64,000 nt of DNA from an uncultured Myxococcales bacterium (GCA_903883645.1 CAISBR010000004.1:13461-77460); one strand, 5' to 3'; positions 1 to 9,880 are shown, counted from the stretch's first letter. Program-made: numbers and translations. The notes: generated by a model not told the origin, from the sequence alone.

Positions 1-647
1 AGATAGCCGGTAAGACCGCTCGCCCCCTTCTTGTCGTCGAGATCGCGCACCCAGCCCGTCGCACAGGTCCCAACCGCGCTCGACACCCCTTGAATCGAAG
101 TAACACCAGAAAGCAGCTCGCGAAATTCGGTCCACTTCAAGTTCTCGCACTTGGCTGCCGTGCCCACGCTCGCGTTCGGCTTCTTAAATGCCTTGTAACT
201 ATTATCTTTCTGCCACGCATAGCGGTCTTGGTACAGCTGCGCGTGCTTCCAACGCGGCAAGTGGTCGTAGGTGCCGTGGTCGTGGGCGTTGATAAGCCCC
301 GGCGTGATCACCCCGCCGGTACAGATCACGGTGGCGGTGGCGGCCTGGGGCGACTCACTACAATCGCTAGAAACACAAAGAATCTGACCGGTATTGGCGT
401 TGACGTAGACCTCGCCGTCGTCGAGGCGCAGCTCGCCGGTCCACACCGTGCCCCGCAAGCGAATAAGGTTGGGGTCGCCCGCCATGGGCTGACAGGGGGC
501 AAAGCTAATTGTATCGGCTACTTTAGTGCTATCGGCGCTGGCGTCGTGGGCCGCAGACGCCGAGGTGGCGGTCGCATTGCTGCCCGAGCCACAACCGACA
601 AGGGTCGCGAGTAGTAGAACAGCAAGACTAGCAACGCTTTTATTCAT
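1..647 (-). CDS. Amidohydrolase-superfamily lipoprotein (5' part; runs off the window's left edge)
   Basis: Not in the ORF track; manual translation from ATG 647 gives MNKSVASLAVLLLATLVGC (lipobox) and VITPGLINAHDH (metal-binding HxH motif); no stop before position 1. Confidence 0.8.
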   Translation of the reverse strand, partial: MNKSVASLAVLLLATLVGCGSGSNATATSASAAHDASADSTKVADTISFAPCQPMAGDPNLIRLRGTVWTGELRLDDGEVYVNANTGQILCVSSDCSESPQAATATVICTGGVITPGLINAHDHGTYDHLPRWKHAQLYQDRYAWQKDNSYKAFKKPNASVGTAAKCENLKWTEFRELLSGVTSIQGVSSAVGTCATGWVRDLDDKKGASGLTGY

Positions 648-871
648 ACAGGCAGGTCCAGAGGCCGGCACCGGTGCCAGGGCCGCGACCCCTACAGACC
701 GCGCACTTGCAGCATACGGTCGCCATCGCATGGCGTCGAGCCAGCGCAACACATCGGCACATGCGGCAAGGTGCTTGGAAAGCGGCGACGTGTCAGGCAT
801 ACTGGCGCTAGCGTGTCGCTGCCCCCCCAAGCGGCCTGGACTCGCAACCCCCGAATTCGGAGGCTGATCTC

Positions 872-2401
872 ATGCGCCTGCTTGCTGTTCGTTCCAATCC
901 ATTGCTCTGTCTCGTTGTCGCTTCGGCGCTCGCGCTGTCGTCGCTGGCGGCTGGCTGCAGCTCGAGTTCCACGGCGGCCGCGACCCCCGACGAGGGGACC
1001 ACCGACGAGGGCGACGCCGAGCCGGGTGTCGACGGCAGCACCGACAAAGGCGACACGCTCGTGGGCGACGCCAAGCCCGCCGATGTCGCGGTCAGCCCCG
1101 ACGGCACACCCCTCGACACGACCGACGAAGACAGCCAAGTCGACGGCACGGACGACGACAGCGGCGTAGATGCGGCCGGTGATGCGTCGTCGACAGGCGA
1201 CACCACCGACGCGGGCGCAGATACGGTCGGCGACACGGGAGGGCCTAAGATTATTCTGCCCGACTGTGCCATCGGCAGCTGCGCCAAGTGCTCGTACTGC
1301 CCGACCGCGCCCCTGTGCGTCGGCGGTGTCACGTACAACAATGACTGCGACGCGATCTGCAAGCTTGACCTGAAAGAGGGCTTGGGGCCGATCCTCGACC
1401 AGGTCAAGAAGGGCGCCTGCCCCGAGTGCGCGGCGTGCGGCACTGAGACCATCAAGTGCAACACCCAGAGCCAGCACTGCGCCATTGGCGAAAACGGTGT
1501 GTTTGTCGACAAGACCACCTCGACCTGCCTCAAAGACGCCGACTGCGCTGCCGCCTATACCCAGTGCGCGACGCTCGAAGACGGCAGCAAGGTCGAGATC
1601 GACTCGCCCTGCCAGGCCAGCTGCCTCAAGCTCAAGACCGGCATCACCAACCCCACGCCCGGCGCCTGCAAGACCAAGTGCTCAGCGCCGCCAGCCAGCT
1701 GCCCCACGACCAAGCCGTCGTCGGCCGTGCCGTCTGTGCCCGTCTGCGCCAAAGAAGACGGCAAGTCGTACGACACCGCCTGCGCGCTGAAGAACTGCTC
1801 ACTCGACGGTTGCTACGCCACGGGCGAAACCGCGGCAACCCTGGCCTGCGGCACCGGTCTGACCAAAGAATGCGACGGCGAGTGCTTTGCCGATGCCTCG
1901 AAAGTCAGCGCCACGGCAGCCAATTGCCCCAAAGACTGCAACTCGGTCTGCGGCGTGCTGCCCACCGGCCGCGGCAAATCGTTCCGCAACGAGTGCCTGG
2001 CCACCAACGCCGGCGCCAAGGTTAAAGACTGCACCGGCATCACCGCTACCCCTGACGACAAGTGCGCCGCCGACACGCTGTACAGCAACCGCGGCTGCTG
2101 CGCCGACGTCAACTACACGCTCGGCGGCATCAAGCAGGTTTGCGCCAAGAAGGTCGACCCCGCGGGCGGCCCTGAGCTATGGGTAACCTTTCGCAATACC
2201 AACGAGTTTAAGTGCCTGACTACCGGCCAGACGGGTTGGGAGCAGCAGTACTACGGCCCCTGCCTGTGCAAATGCTCCGACGTAGAAAAGCTGGTCTGCG
2301 GCGACAACGGCCAGACCTACCTGAACCAGTGCGTCGCCGAGTGCTACAACAAGTTGCTCATGCCCGGCTTTACCACCAAGCCCGGCTCTTGCACGCCGTA
2401 A
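872..2401 (+). CDS. Cys-rich lipoprotein with multiple Kazal-like domains
   Basis: Lipobox LAAGC, Asp/Thr-rich linker, motifs PLCVGGVTYNNDC, PVCAKEDGKSYDTAC, LVCGDNGQTYLNQC. Confidence 0.75.
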   Translation: MRLLAVRSNPLLCLVVASALALSSLAAGCSSSSTAAATPDEGTTDEGDAEPGVDGSTDKGDTLVGDAKPADVAVSPDGTPLDTTDEDSQVDGTDDDSGVDAAGDASSTGDTTDAGADTVGDTGGPKIILPDCAIGSCAKCSYCPTAPLCVGGVTYNNDCDAICKLDLKEGLGPILDQVKKGACPECAACGTETIKCNTQSQHCAIGENGVFVDKTTSTCLKDADCAAAYTQCATLEDGSKVEIDSPCQASCLKLKTGITNPTPGACKTKCSAPPASCPTTKPSSAVPSVPVCAKEDGKSYDTACALKNCSLDGCYATGETAATLACGTGLTKECDGECFADASKVSATAANCPKDCNSVCGVLPTGRGKSFRNECLATNAGAKVKDCTGITATPDDKCAADTLYSNRGCCADVNYTLGGIKQVCAKKVDPAGGPELWVTFRNTNEFKCLTTGQTGWEQQYYGPCLCKCSDVEKLVCGDNGQTYLNQCVAECYNKLLMPGFTTKPGSCTP

Positions 2402-2421
2402 GAAATAGCCACTAGCTTCAG

Positions 2422-3072
2422 CTACTTCACGGGCTTGTTCAGAGCGATCTGGGCAAGCTTCGTGCTTTTTGCCGTGGCCAGTGTGCGCCAGGGCAGGCGC
2501 CTCAGCCGGGCCAGCAACGCGCCGCGCTCAAGATAATCCGCCGCCAGTTCGGGGTGTTGCCGCAGGTGATCCCGCAGTTGGGCATAGTGCTGCACGGCCC
2601 GGTCCAGGCACTTGGGCAGCGCCGCCATAGCCTCGTCGGCGATGCGACCCGCCAGGCCCGGGGCATTTCCTGCCGTACCTACGCACAGTTGCACGTCGCC
2701 ACGCTGCCGCACCGCCAGCCACCACGCCGAGCACGACTCGGGGCGATCGGCCGCGGTGCACAGCGTCTGATGTTGCTCGCACGCGGCAAAAACTGCTGCA
2801 TCCACCTGGGGTTGGTCGGTGCAGGCCACCACCAAGAAGTGGCCGACCACATCGCTTGGAGCAAATTCGCGCAGGTGCAAGGTGATCGCGCCCGCATTCG
2901 CCAAGTCTTGGATCGCCGGCAAGGCCTGTGGTGCTACCACATCGACGCGCGCGCCGGCAGCCAACAGCGTTTCTAGCTTGCGAACCGCGACGTTGCCAGC
3001 ACCAACCAGCAAGACAGCACGCTCCTCGAGGCGCACGGCTAGGGGCAAGGGCAGCCGGCTCACGGTAGCCAC
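2422..3072 (-). CDS. Precorrin-2 dehydrogenase/sirohydrochlorin ferrochelatase (SirC / CysG N-terminal-like)
   Basis: VLLVGAGNVAVRK Rossmann motif, VVACTD, VGTAGNAPGLA; overlaps cobA. Confidence 0.85.
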   Translation of the reverse strand: MATVSRLPLPLAVRLEERAVLLVGAGNVAVRKLETLLAAGARVDVVAPQALPAIQDLANAGAITLHLREFAPSDVVGHFLVVACTDQPQVDAAVFAACEQHQTLCTAADRPESCSAWWLAVRQRGDVQLCVGTAGNAPGLAGRIADEAMAALPKCLDRAVQHYAQLRDHLRQHPELAADYLERGALLARLRRLPWRTLATAKSTKLAQIALNKPVK

Positions 3073-3812
3073 CGCTGCGCCACCACGGCGCCCAAAATCG
3101 CCACCGACGGACTGCGCGGGTCCGGCGCATCACGGTCGGCATACGCCTGCGAAAGATTTGTAATCCTGCACGTTTGCTCGTCGCGGCCCGCCCAGGTCAC
3201 CCACGCGAGCGGCAGGTCGGGCGGGTAGCCGGTTTGCAGCAACTGCCCCAGCCAAAGGCCGCGACTGGCCACGCCCATCAGGACCACCAGCGTCAGTTGC
3301 GGCGCAAACAGAGGCCAGATCGGCAGCGCTTCGTTCTGGCGGTGCGCCGAGATCACGGCAAATCCATCAGCAACACCTCGCAAGGTCAGAGGAATCCCCG
3401 CCAATGTGGGCGCCGCCAAGGCCGACGACACCCCCGGAACCACATCGAACGGCACCTCGGCAGCGAGCAGCGCCCCCACCTCTTCGCCGGCGCGCCCCAG
3501 CACCATCGGGTCGCCGCCCTTGAGCCGCACCACTGCCTTACCAGCCTTGGCTAGGCGCACAAGAAGATTATTAATCTCAGACTGTTTCATGCCGTGTGCA
3601 CCGGCGCGCTTGCCGGCATCGATCACCTCGGCCGCCAGCCCGCCCAGCAGTGCCGGATCGACGAGCGCGTCGACGACCACCACATCGGCCGAGTGCAGCA
3701 GCGCAAGCCCACGCAATGTCATCAGATCTGCGGCACCCGGCCCAGCCCCCACCAGGTACACCCAACCCGGGCGGGCAACAACAAGCGGCAAGTGACGAAG
3801 GGGATGTGGCAT
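3060..3812 (-). CDS. cobA: Uroporphyrinogen-III C-methyltransferase
   Basis: VYLVGAGPG, VVRLKGGDP, VPGVSSA motifs; start placed at ATG 3812. Confidence 0.9.
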   Translation of the reverse strand: MPHPLRHLPLVVARPGWVYLVGAGPGAADLMTLRGLALLHSADVVVVDALVDPALLGGLAAEVIDAGKRAGAHGMKQSEINNLLVRLAKAGKAVVRLKGGDPMVLGRAGEEVGALLAAEVPFDVVPGVSSALAAPTLAGIPLTLRGVADGFAVISAHRQNEALPIWPLFAPQLTLVVLMGVASRGLWLGQLLQTGYPPDLPLAWVTWAGRDEQTCRITNLSQAYADRDAPDPRSPSVAILGAVVAQRWLP

Positions 3813-3914
3813 GATCGTCCAAGTGTAGCGAGGCTGCGAAGCGGCGAAAACTCGCGACACGCCAAGCCCGCGCTATGCTGGCAGTTGGCGCCCAATGGCG
3901 CCGTGCGAGACGCT

Positions 3915-4742
3915 GTGCCCGACGGGGACTCTCAGCCCACAACCCCTTGGTTCAAGCCGCTGTTGTTGCTGGGGTCCGTGCCGCTGGCCGCTGTAACCTA
4001 TATGGGCGCGGTGGTGCTCTTTGCCGTGACCGCAGTGTGGCGCGCGCGGCGGCGACCGTATCGCTTCAGCTCCTATCTGCAGCAGATGGAGTTCGCCGGC
4101 GTCGGCTCGCTGGGTATTATCTTGCTCACTGGCACCTTTACCGGCGCGGTGTTCGCCATCCAAACCTCTGTGGCCTTTGGTATTTTTAACGCGAAGGCGC
4201 TGATCGGCGGTTCGGTGACCCAGGCGCTGGTGCTCGAACTGGCCCCGACCATTGGTGCGCTGATGGTGGCGGGGCGGGTAGGCTCGGCCATGACAACCGA
4301 ATTGGGCACGATGCGCGTGACCGAGCAGATCGATGCGCTCGAGACAATGGCTGTCGATCCGCTGCACTACTTGGTCGCACCGCGGCTAGTGGCGACCACG
4401 GTGATGATGCCGATGCTGACCATCGCGTTTAACGGCGTAGGCATGGTGGGCGCCTATCTGGTGTGCACAAGCCTGCTAGGTATTGACCGCGCTTCGTTTT
4501 TTTCGCGCATCTACGCTTGGCTCATACCGTCGGATATCTATTGCTCGGTCGTAAAGGGCACGGCCTTCGGGGCGATCATCGGCGCCATCGCCCTGTACAA
4601 GGGCTTCAATGCCTCAGGCGGCTCGCGCGGCGTCGGCCTCGCCACCACCAGCACCGTGGTCACCGCCAGCGTCACCGTGCTCATCGTCGACTACTTGATC
4701 ACCAGCTTGTGGATGGTCATCTTCCCCAGCATGGCGATCTGA
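3915..4742 (+). CDS. mlaE: MlaE-family ABC transporter permease
   Basis: ELAPTIGALMVAGRVGSAMTTELGTMRVTEQIDALETMAVDP signature and GGSRGVGLATT; start approximate. Confidence 0.9.
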   Translation: MPDGDSQPTTPWFKPLLLLGSVPLAAVTYMGAVVLFAVTAVWRARRRPYRFSSYLQQMEFAGVGSLGIILLTGTFTGAVFAIQTSVAFGIFNAKALIGGSVTQALVLELAPTIGALMVAGRVGSAMTTELGTMRVTEQIDALETMAVDPLHYLVAPRLVATTVMMPMLTIAFNGVGMVGAYLVCTSLLGIDRASFFSRIYAWLIPSDIYCSVVKGTAFGAIIGAIALYKGFNASGGSRGVGLATTSTVVTASVTVLIVDYLITSLWMVIFPSMAI

Positions 4743-4826
4743 GGCGCGGTTTGCACTTGCGGGGGCCGGCCCGTACACTGCGCCGCGCTGCCCAGACCGG
4801 TCTGGGGCGACCCTTCGCGAGGATAT

Positions 4827-5964
4827 ATGGCTACTTTTTCTGACCTGCGGGCCTGCGCCAGCGTGATCGATGTGCGAATCGATGCGCTGCGCAGGAGTCT
4901 TTGACTGCGATGCCAAAGCCGCACGATTACATGAACTTGAAGCCCTAAGCGCCGAGGGCGACTTCTGGCTCGATGCCGACCGCGCCCAAAAGCTGATGAA
5001 AGAGCGTGGCGACATTGCCGCCGATTTGGGCAATGTGCTCGAGCCTGAAGCCGTGGTGCGCGATGTGCGCGACATGGCTGAACTGGCTGAGATGGAAGGC
5101 GAAAGCGGGTTAATCGACGACTTGCAGAGCCAGCTCGACGACGTGAGCGCCCGCCTCGACGCGGTGGAATTCGCCCGCACCATGTCGGGACACACCGACA
5201 AATCGCCCGCAATTCTGCAAATCAACGCCGGCGCGGGCGGCACCGAAAGCGCCGATTGGGCGTGGATGCTGCTGCGCATGTACACGCGCTGGGGCGAAAC
5301 CCATGGCATGAAGGTCGAATTGCTCGACGAAGTGCCCGGCGAAGAAGCGGGCGTGCGCAACGCCGTGATCCGCGTCGAGGGGCCGTTTGCCTTCGGCTGG
5401 CTCAAGGCCGAGAACGGCGTGCACCGCCTGGTGCGCATCAGCCCATTTGACGCCGCCAAACGCCGCCACACCAGCTTTTGCAGCGTATTCGTGGTGCCCG
5501 AAGAAGACGACGAGATCGACATCGAGATCAACGAATTGGACTTGCGAGTCGATACGTTCCGAGCCTCGGGCGCAGGCGGCCAGCACGTGAACCGCACCGA
5601 CTCGGCCATCCGCTTGACCCACATCCCCACGGGCATTGCGGTGGCGGTGCAAGCCGAGCGCAGCCAGCACAAGAACCGCAGCTTGGCCATGAAGATGCTG
5701 AAAGCGCGGCTGATTGATCTGGAACGCAAGAAGCGCAACGCCGTCAAAGACGAGATCGAGGCCGCCAAGCTGGGCATTAACTTTGGCAGTCAGATTCGCA
5801 GCTACGTGCTGCAGCCGTACCAGATGGTCAAAGACCACCGCACCGGGCATCAGACCAGCAACACTTCTGGCGTGCTCGACGGCGATTTGGGTGAGTTTAT
5901 GAAGGCTTATCTGCTGGCGTCGGCTTCGGGTGCGCCGCTGGCCGTGCAAGTCGACGACGACTAA
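4827..5964 (+). CDS. prfB: Peptide chain release factor 2, programmed +1 frameshift
   Basis: ATG 4827 opens 25 codons ending CTT TGA C (4899-4905); the +1 frame has GAGGTES, SPF and GGQ motifs. Confidence 0.97.
4891..4905 (+). promoter_or_regulatory. prfB frameshift site with internal SD-like sequence
   Basis: GCAGGAGT-CTT-TGA-C. Confidence 0.9.
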
Positions 5965-5997
5965 CTTCGCGACCCTGGGCAAGAAACCAACTGGGCT

Positions 5998-6060
5998 AAA
6001 AAACCGAAAGCCCGGAACGCGGTCCTACTCCAAAGAGTAAGGCGCGCCCGGGCTTACGGT
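5998..6060 (-). terminator. Intrinsic terminator of the tRNA operon (may also serve convergent prfB)
   Basis: Minus strand ACCGTAAGCCCGG...CCGGGCTTTCGGT imperfect stem with inner TACTC/GAGTA stem, followed by a T-run. Confidence 0.7.
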
Positions 6061-6061
6061 A

Positions 6062-6137
6062 TGGCGTCCCCAGCGGGAATCGAACCCGCGTTATCGGCGT
6101 GAAAGGCCGGTGTCCTAGGCCGCTAGACGATGGGGAC
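6062..6137 (-). tRNA. tRNA-Glu (TTC)
   Basis: GTCCCCA..TGGGGAC acceptor stem, anticodon loop CTTTCAC, GTTCGA T-loop, encoded CCA. Confidence 0.97.
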
Positions 6138-6138
6138 G

Positions 6139-6214
6139 TGGTGAGCCGGGAGGGGATCGAACCCTCGACCAACAGATTAAAAGTCTGCTGCTCTACCGAC
6201 TGAGCTACCGGCTC
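6139..6214 (-). tRNA. tRNA-Lys (TTT)
   Basis: GAGCCGG..CCGGCTC acceptor stem, anticodon loop CTTTTAA, encoded CCA. Confidence 0.97.
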
Positions 6215-6240
6215 GGTAGGTCGGCGAATCCGGAGACACT

Positions 6241-6292
6241 CTTGAGAAGTGTCCTTGAGAAGTGTCCTTGAGAAGTGTCCTTGAGAGGTGTC
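6241..6292. repeat. 13-bp tandem repeat x4 (CTTGAGAAGTGTC)
   Basis: Three exact copies plus one with a single mismatch, no spacers. Confidence 0.95.
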
Positions 6293-6336
6293 ACGTTGCG
6301 GTGGCCTAAGTCCGCGTGCCCGCGCAGGGCCGGCGA

Positions 6337-6365
6337 AGTTTAGAGACGATTGCCGGCAGCGTCAA
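6337..6365 (-). promoter_or_regulatory. Sigma70-type promoter of the tRNA operon
   Basis: TTGACG-N17-TAAACT followed by a GC-rich discriminator-like stretch. Confidence 0.7.
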
Positions 6366-6396
6366 GGGGGCTCGCTGGCAACGTCGCGTTCTGTAG

Positions 6397-6425
6397 TTGA
6401 CAGCGCGCAGCAATGACCGCACATT
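6397..6425 (+). promoter_or_regulatory. Putative sigma70-type promoter of lepA
   Basis: Perfect TTGACA, 17 nt, weak -10 CACATT. Confidence 0.45.
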
Positions 6426-6470
6426 GCGCGACGTTCCAGCCCGTCGCTGGCCCACTACCGCAGCGAGCCG

Positions 6471-8279
6471 ATGAAGGCCAACCACATCCGAAATTTTAGC
6501 ATTATCGCCCACATCGACCACGGCAAGTCGACGCTGGCGGACCGCATCCTCGAGCTGACTGGCGCCGTAGAAAAGCGCGATATGCAAGAGCAGTACCTCG
6601 ATTCGATGGATATCGAGCGCGAGCGCGGCATTACCATCAAGTCGCAGGCCGTGCGGCTGCACTATGTGGCCAAAGACGGCATCGACTACATGCTGCACCT
6701 GATCGACACGCCCGGACATGTGGATTTTCATTACGAAGTCTCGCGTTCGCTGGCGGCGTGCGAGGGTGCGCTGCTGGTGGTCGATGCGTCGCAAGGGGTC
6801 GAAGCGCAGACACTGGCCAATGTGTACCTGGCGCTCGATCAAGGGCTCGAATTGGTGCCCGTGATCAACAAGATCGACCTGCCCGCGGCCCGGCCCGACG
6901 AGGTGGTGCGCGAGATCGAAGAGGGTATCGGCATCGACGCCTCGGGCGCGGTGTTCGCTTCGGGCAAGACCGGCCTGGGTATTGTAGAGCTGCTCGAAGC
7001 GGTGATTGCCCACGTGCCGCCGCCCGAAGGTGACCCCGAAGCCCCGCTTCGCGCAATGGTTTTTGACAGCCAGTACGACAACTACCGCGGCGTGTTGGTG
7101 CAGGTTCGCATCATCGATGGCAGCGTGAAGAAGGGCGATCGCGTCTACTTCATGGAGTCGGGCAGCGAGTACGAGGTGCTCGAAGTCCGCATTCGCACTC
7201 CCAAAGATGTGATCGTCGATCAGCTGAGCTTTGGCGAGTCGGGCGTGCTGGTCTGCGGCATCAAGACCGTGCGCGATGTGCAAGTCGGCGAAACAATTAC
7301 GGGGGCCAAGCGCCGCGCCGAGCACGCGCTCAAGGGCTTCAAGAAAATTCAGCAGATGGTGTTCTCGGGCATCTTCCCGGTGGAATCGCACGATTACGAA
7401 AAGCTGCGCGACGCCATCGAAAAACTGGCGCTCAACGACTCGGCGTTTTCGTGGGAGCCCGAGACTAGCTCCGCGCTCGGCTTCGGTTTTCGCTGTGGTT
7501 TCTTAGGCATGCTGCACATGGAGGTGTTCCAAGAGCGGCTCGAGCGCGAGTTCGACGTCGACCTGATCACCACGGCGCCCAGTGTCGTGTATCATGTCTA
7601 CAAGAACGACAAGACCATGCTCGAAATCAGCAATCCCGGCGATCTGCCGCCCACGGGCGACATTGACCGCATCGAGGAGCCGATCGTGCGGGCGACGATC
7701 CACACGCCGACCGACCACATTGGGCCGATCGTCAAGCTGTGCACCGATCGCCGCGGTCACCAAAAAGACATGCGCTACATCTCGCAAACCCGCGTCATGC
7801 TCGAGTACGAGATTCCGCTGGCCGAGATCGTGTTCGACTTTTTTGACAAGCTGAAAACAGCGACGCGCGGCTACGCGAGCTTAGATTATGAATTCAAGAT
7901 GTTCCGTGCCGACGACCTGGTGCGACTCGACGTTTTGCTCCACAGCGACATCGTTGACGCCCTGAGCGTGATCGTCCACCGCGAAAAATCGTACGAAAAG
8001 GGCAAGGCCCTGGTGCATCGCCTGCGCAAAGTGATTCCGCGTCAGCAGTTCGACGTGGCGATCCAGGCGGCGGTGGGTGCTCGCATCATCTCGCGCGAGA
8101 CCGTCAAGGCTATGCGCAAAGATGTGACGGCCAAGTGCTATGGCGGCGATATCTCGCGGAAACGCAAGCTTTTAGAGCGGCAGAAAGAGGGCAAGAAGCG
8201 CATGAAGATGGTCGGCACGGTCGATGTGCCGCAAGAGGCGTTCTTGGCCGTACTGTCGAGCGACGACGATGACGATTAG
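6471..8279 (+). CDS. lepA: Elongation factor 4
   Basis: [43 protein letters not shown]. Confidence 0.98.
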   Translation: MKANHIRNFSIIAHIDHGKSTLADRILELTGAVEKRDMQEQYLDSMDIERERGITIKSQAVRLHYVAKDGIDYMLHLIDTPGHVDFHYEVSRSLAACEGALLVVDASQGVEAQTLANVYLALDQGLELVPVINKIDLPAARPDEVVREIEEGIGIDASGAVFASGKTGLGIVELLEAVIAHVPPPEGDPEAPLRAMVFDSQYDNYRGVLVQVRIIDGSVKKGDRVYFMESGSEYEVLEVRIRTPKDVIVDQLSFGESGVLVCGIKTVRDVQVGETITGAKRRAEHALKGFKKIQQMVFSGIFPVESHDYEKLRDAIEKLALNDSAFSWEPETSSALGFGFRCGFLGMLHMEVFQERLEREFDVDLITTAPSVVYHVYKNDKTMLEISNPGDLPPTGDIDRIEEPIVRATIHTPTDHIGPIVKLCTDRRGHQKDMRYISQTRVMLEYEIPLAEIVFDFFDKLKTATRGYASLDYEFKMFRADDLVRLDVLLHSDIVDALSVIVHREKSYEKGKALVHRLRKVIPRQQFDVAIQAAVGARIISRETVKAMRKDVTAKCYGGDISRKRKLLERQKEGKKRMKMVGTVDVPQEAFLAVLSSDDDDD

Positions 8280-8297
8280 GTTGTAACCAACTGAATC

Positions 8298-9104
8298 TTA
8301 CGACTTTTTTCGCGTGCGTTTGACCGGTTTGCCATCGTCGTCGTCATCGCCGCCTGGCTTGACCGCCTGCTTGTATGCCTGCGCCGAGGCGGCCAGCGCC
8401 TGGTCGTAGCCCAGAGCACCGTAGCCCGGACCAGCACGCAACAGGGCCACGCCCGCCCAATCTGCCTGACCAATCGCGGTCTTAAGCGAGGGATCGCCAG
8501 CAATCACCGCCGTCACCGCATCGAGTTGTGCCGTCGCATTGCCATCGAGCGCCTGCTTCATCGCCTCGGCCGACGGATAACCCGCTGCCACGGCCTCGCT
8601 ACCGCTCACTTGCCCAAGGCCCATCCGCAACGAGCGATGCGCCGCCTCGCCGTCGAGCGCTTTGGCCTGGTCGAAGACGCGCTGCTCAGCCTGCTGGTCG
8701 CGGTGGGTCGCCGCCAGCCAGCGCCCCGTTTCGCGAAAAAAAGCATAGGGTTCAAAGCGAATGGCCAGAGTCTCGTTACCGGCGAGCTTGGGCACGTACT
8801 GGCCCTCGGTCAGCACCACCGCCGCCAGATTCTCGCCCGGCACACCCAACTTGCCCGCCGACTGCTGCAGTTGTTCGCCATGTTGCGCCGCCAGGGTGAG
8901 GGCCGCCTGATGCAGCTCGCTGGCTGGCCCCGTAGGAGTTACCGCAGGTTGCGACCCCGAGGTGCCCGGCGAACGCGCTGCAGCGGCCCCCTGGTAGCGA
9001 TGGCCAGCGGCACTATCGGTCGCACCACGGCCAACCGCAACCGTCTTGCCCGAGCTTGGCGCGGGTCGCGTGGTCTGCTGCTGCTTGGGCGCGTCGTGCT
9101 TCAT
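8298..9104 (-). CDS. Divergent N-acetylmuramidase (DUF3380-like) protein
   Basis: AAVVLTEG, IRFEP, MGLGQVSG, AGYPSA, DWAGVA...GPGY...YD fit the family pattern. Confidence 0.65.
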   Translation of the reverse strand: MKHDAPKQQQTTRPAPSSGKTVAVGRGATDSAAGHRYQGAAAARSPGTSGSQPAVTPTGPASELHQAALTLAAQHGEQLQQSAGKLGVPGENLAAVVLTEGQYVPKLAGNETLAIRFEPYAFFRETGRWLAATHRDQQAEQRVFDQAKALDGEAAHRSLRMGLGQVSGSEAVAAGYPSAEAMKQALDGNATAQLDAVTAVIAGDPSLKTAIGQADWAGVALLRAGPGYGALGYDQALAASAQAYKQAVKPGGDDDDDGKPVKRTRKKS

Positions 9105-9198
9105 GATCACCGCGGCATGGCCGTTGAACTGTTTTGCCACGGCTCGGCCGCATTCGCAAACCTTTGGGCGCAAAGCCGACCGCAAGGGCTCACAGTTT

Positions 9199-9225
9199 GA
9201 CCTTTTGCGCCCGGTCGGTGTCCAA
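9199..9225 (+). promoter_or_regulatory. Putative ECF-sigma autoregulatory promoter
   Basis: GACCTT-N16-TCCAA, close to the sigmaE consensus GAACTT-N16-TCnAA, directly upstream of the sigma gene SD. Confidence 0.5.
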
Positions 9226-9241
9226 TCGGCAGGAGCGTTCC

Positions 9242-9880
9242 ATGTCGGTGTCGTCCAATTCCCTTGCTCATCTTCCGTTGCCGCAGGTACCTATGGCCGC
9301 CGCGCACGATGATCCCCAGCAAGATGACAATCGACTGCTGCAGCAAGTGGTGCAAGGCGACCGCCAAGCGTTTGCCGTGCTGGTTCGCCGCCATCAGCGC
9401 ACGGTTTTTCATGTGGCCTGGCGCTATGTCGGCGACGACGAAGATGCCCGCGATGTGACCCAAGCCGCGTTTGTGCGCGCCTGGCAAAATTGCGCAAGTT
9501 TTCGCGGCGACTCCAGTTTTCGCACTTGGCTCGTGCAGATTGCCATCAATTTGGCGTTGAATTTCCGCCGTGATCGCAGTCGGCGCCGCCAAGAGCCCCT
9601 GGGCGACGAGCAGACCACCCTGCCCGACCCGCACACCCAGCACCCAACCGACCGTATTGCCCACGCCGAGACGGCGGAACAGCTGCGGCAAGCGGTCGAG
9701 GCCCTGCCACCCAAGCAGCGGATGGTGGTCGAGCTGCGCGTGCATGAGGGCCTTTCGTTTAAAGAAGTAGCCGACATCGCCGAGTGCAGCGAAGACGCGG
9801 CCAAAGCCAATTTTCACTACGCGCTGAAGCGTTTGCGCAGCTTGCTCGCGCCGGTGCCCCAGGCCAAGGCCGAGCGCTAG
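9242..9880 (+). CDS. ECF RNA polymerase sigma factor
   Basis: DARDVTQAAF, FRGDSSFRTWLVQIAIN, LPPKQR, EGLSFKEVA; SD AGGAG. Confidence 0.93.
   Translation: MSVSSNSLAHLPLPQVPMAAAHDDPQQDDNRLLQQVVQGDRQAFAVLVRRHQRTVFHVAWRYVGDDEDARDVTQAAFVRAWQNCASFRGDSSFRTWLVQIAINLALNFRRDRSRRRQEPLGDEQTTLPDPHTQHPTDRIAHAETAEQLRQAVEALPPKQRMVVELRVHEGLSFKEVADIAECSEDAAKANFHYALKRLRSLLAPVPQAKAER

Noticed and set aside
2422-4742. Split cobA/sirC-like pair and orphan mlaE as novelty
   Set aside because: Split siroheme genes and dispersed mla genes are common arrangements
4902-4904. In-frame TGA as selenocysteine or pseudogene lesion
   Set aside because: Explained by the known prfB +1 frameshift
5965-6214. tRNA-targeted genomic island
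   Set aside because: No integrase and no duplicated tRNA 3' end noticed; flanks are core genes prfB and lepA
6241-6292. Repeat array as a CRISPR
   Set aside because: 13-bp units, no spacers, no cas genes
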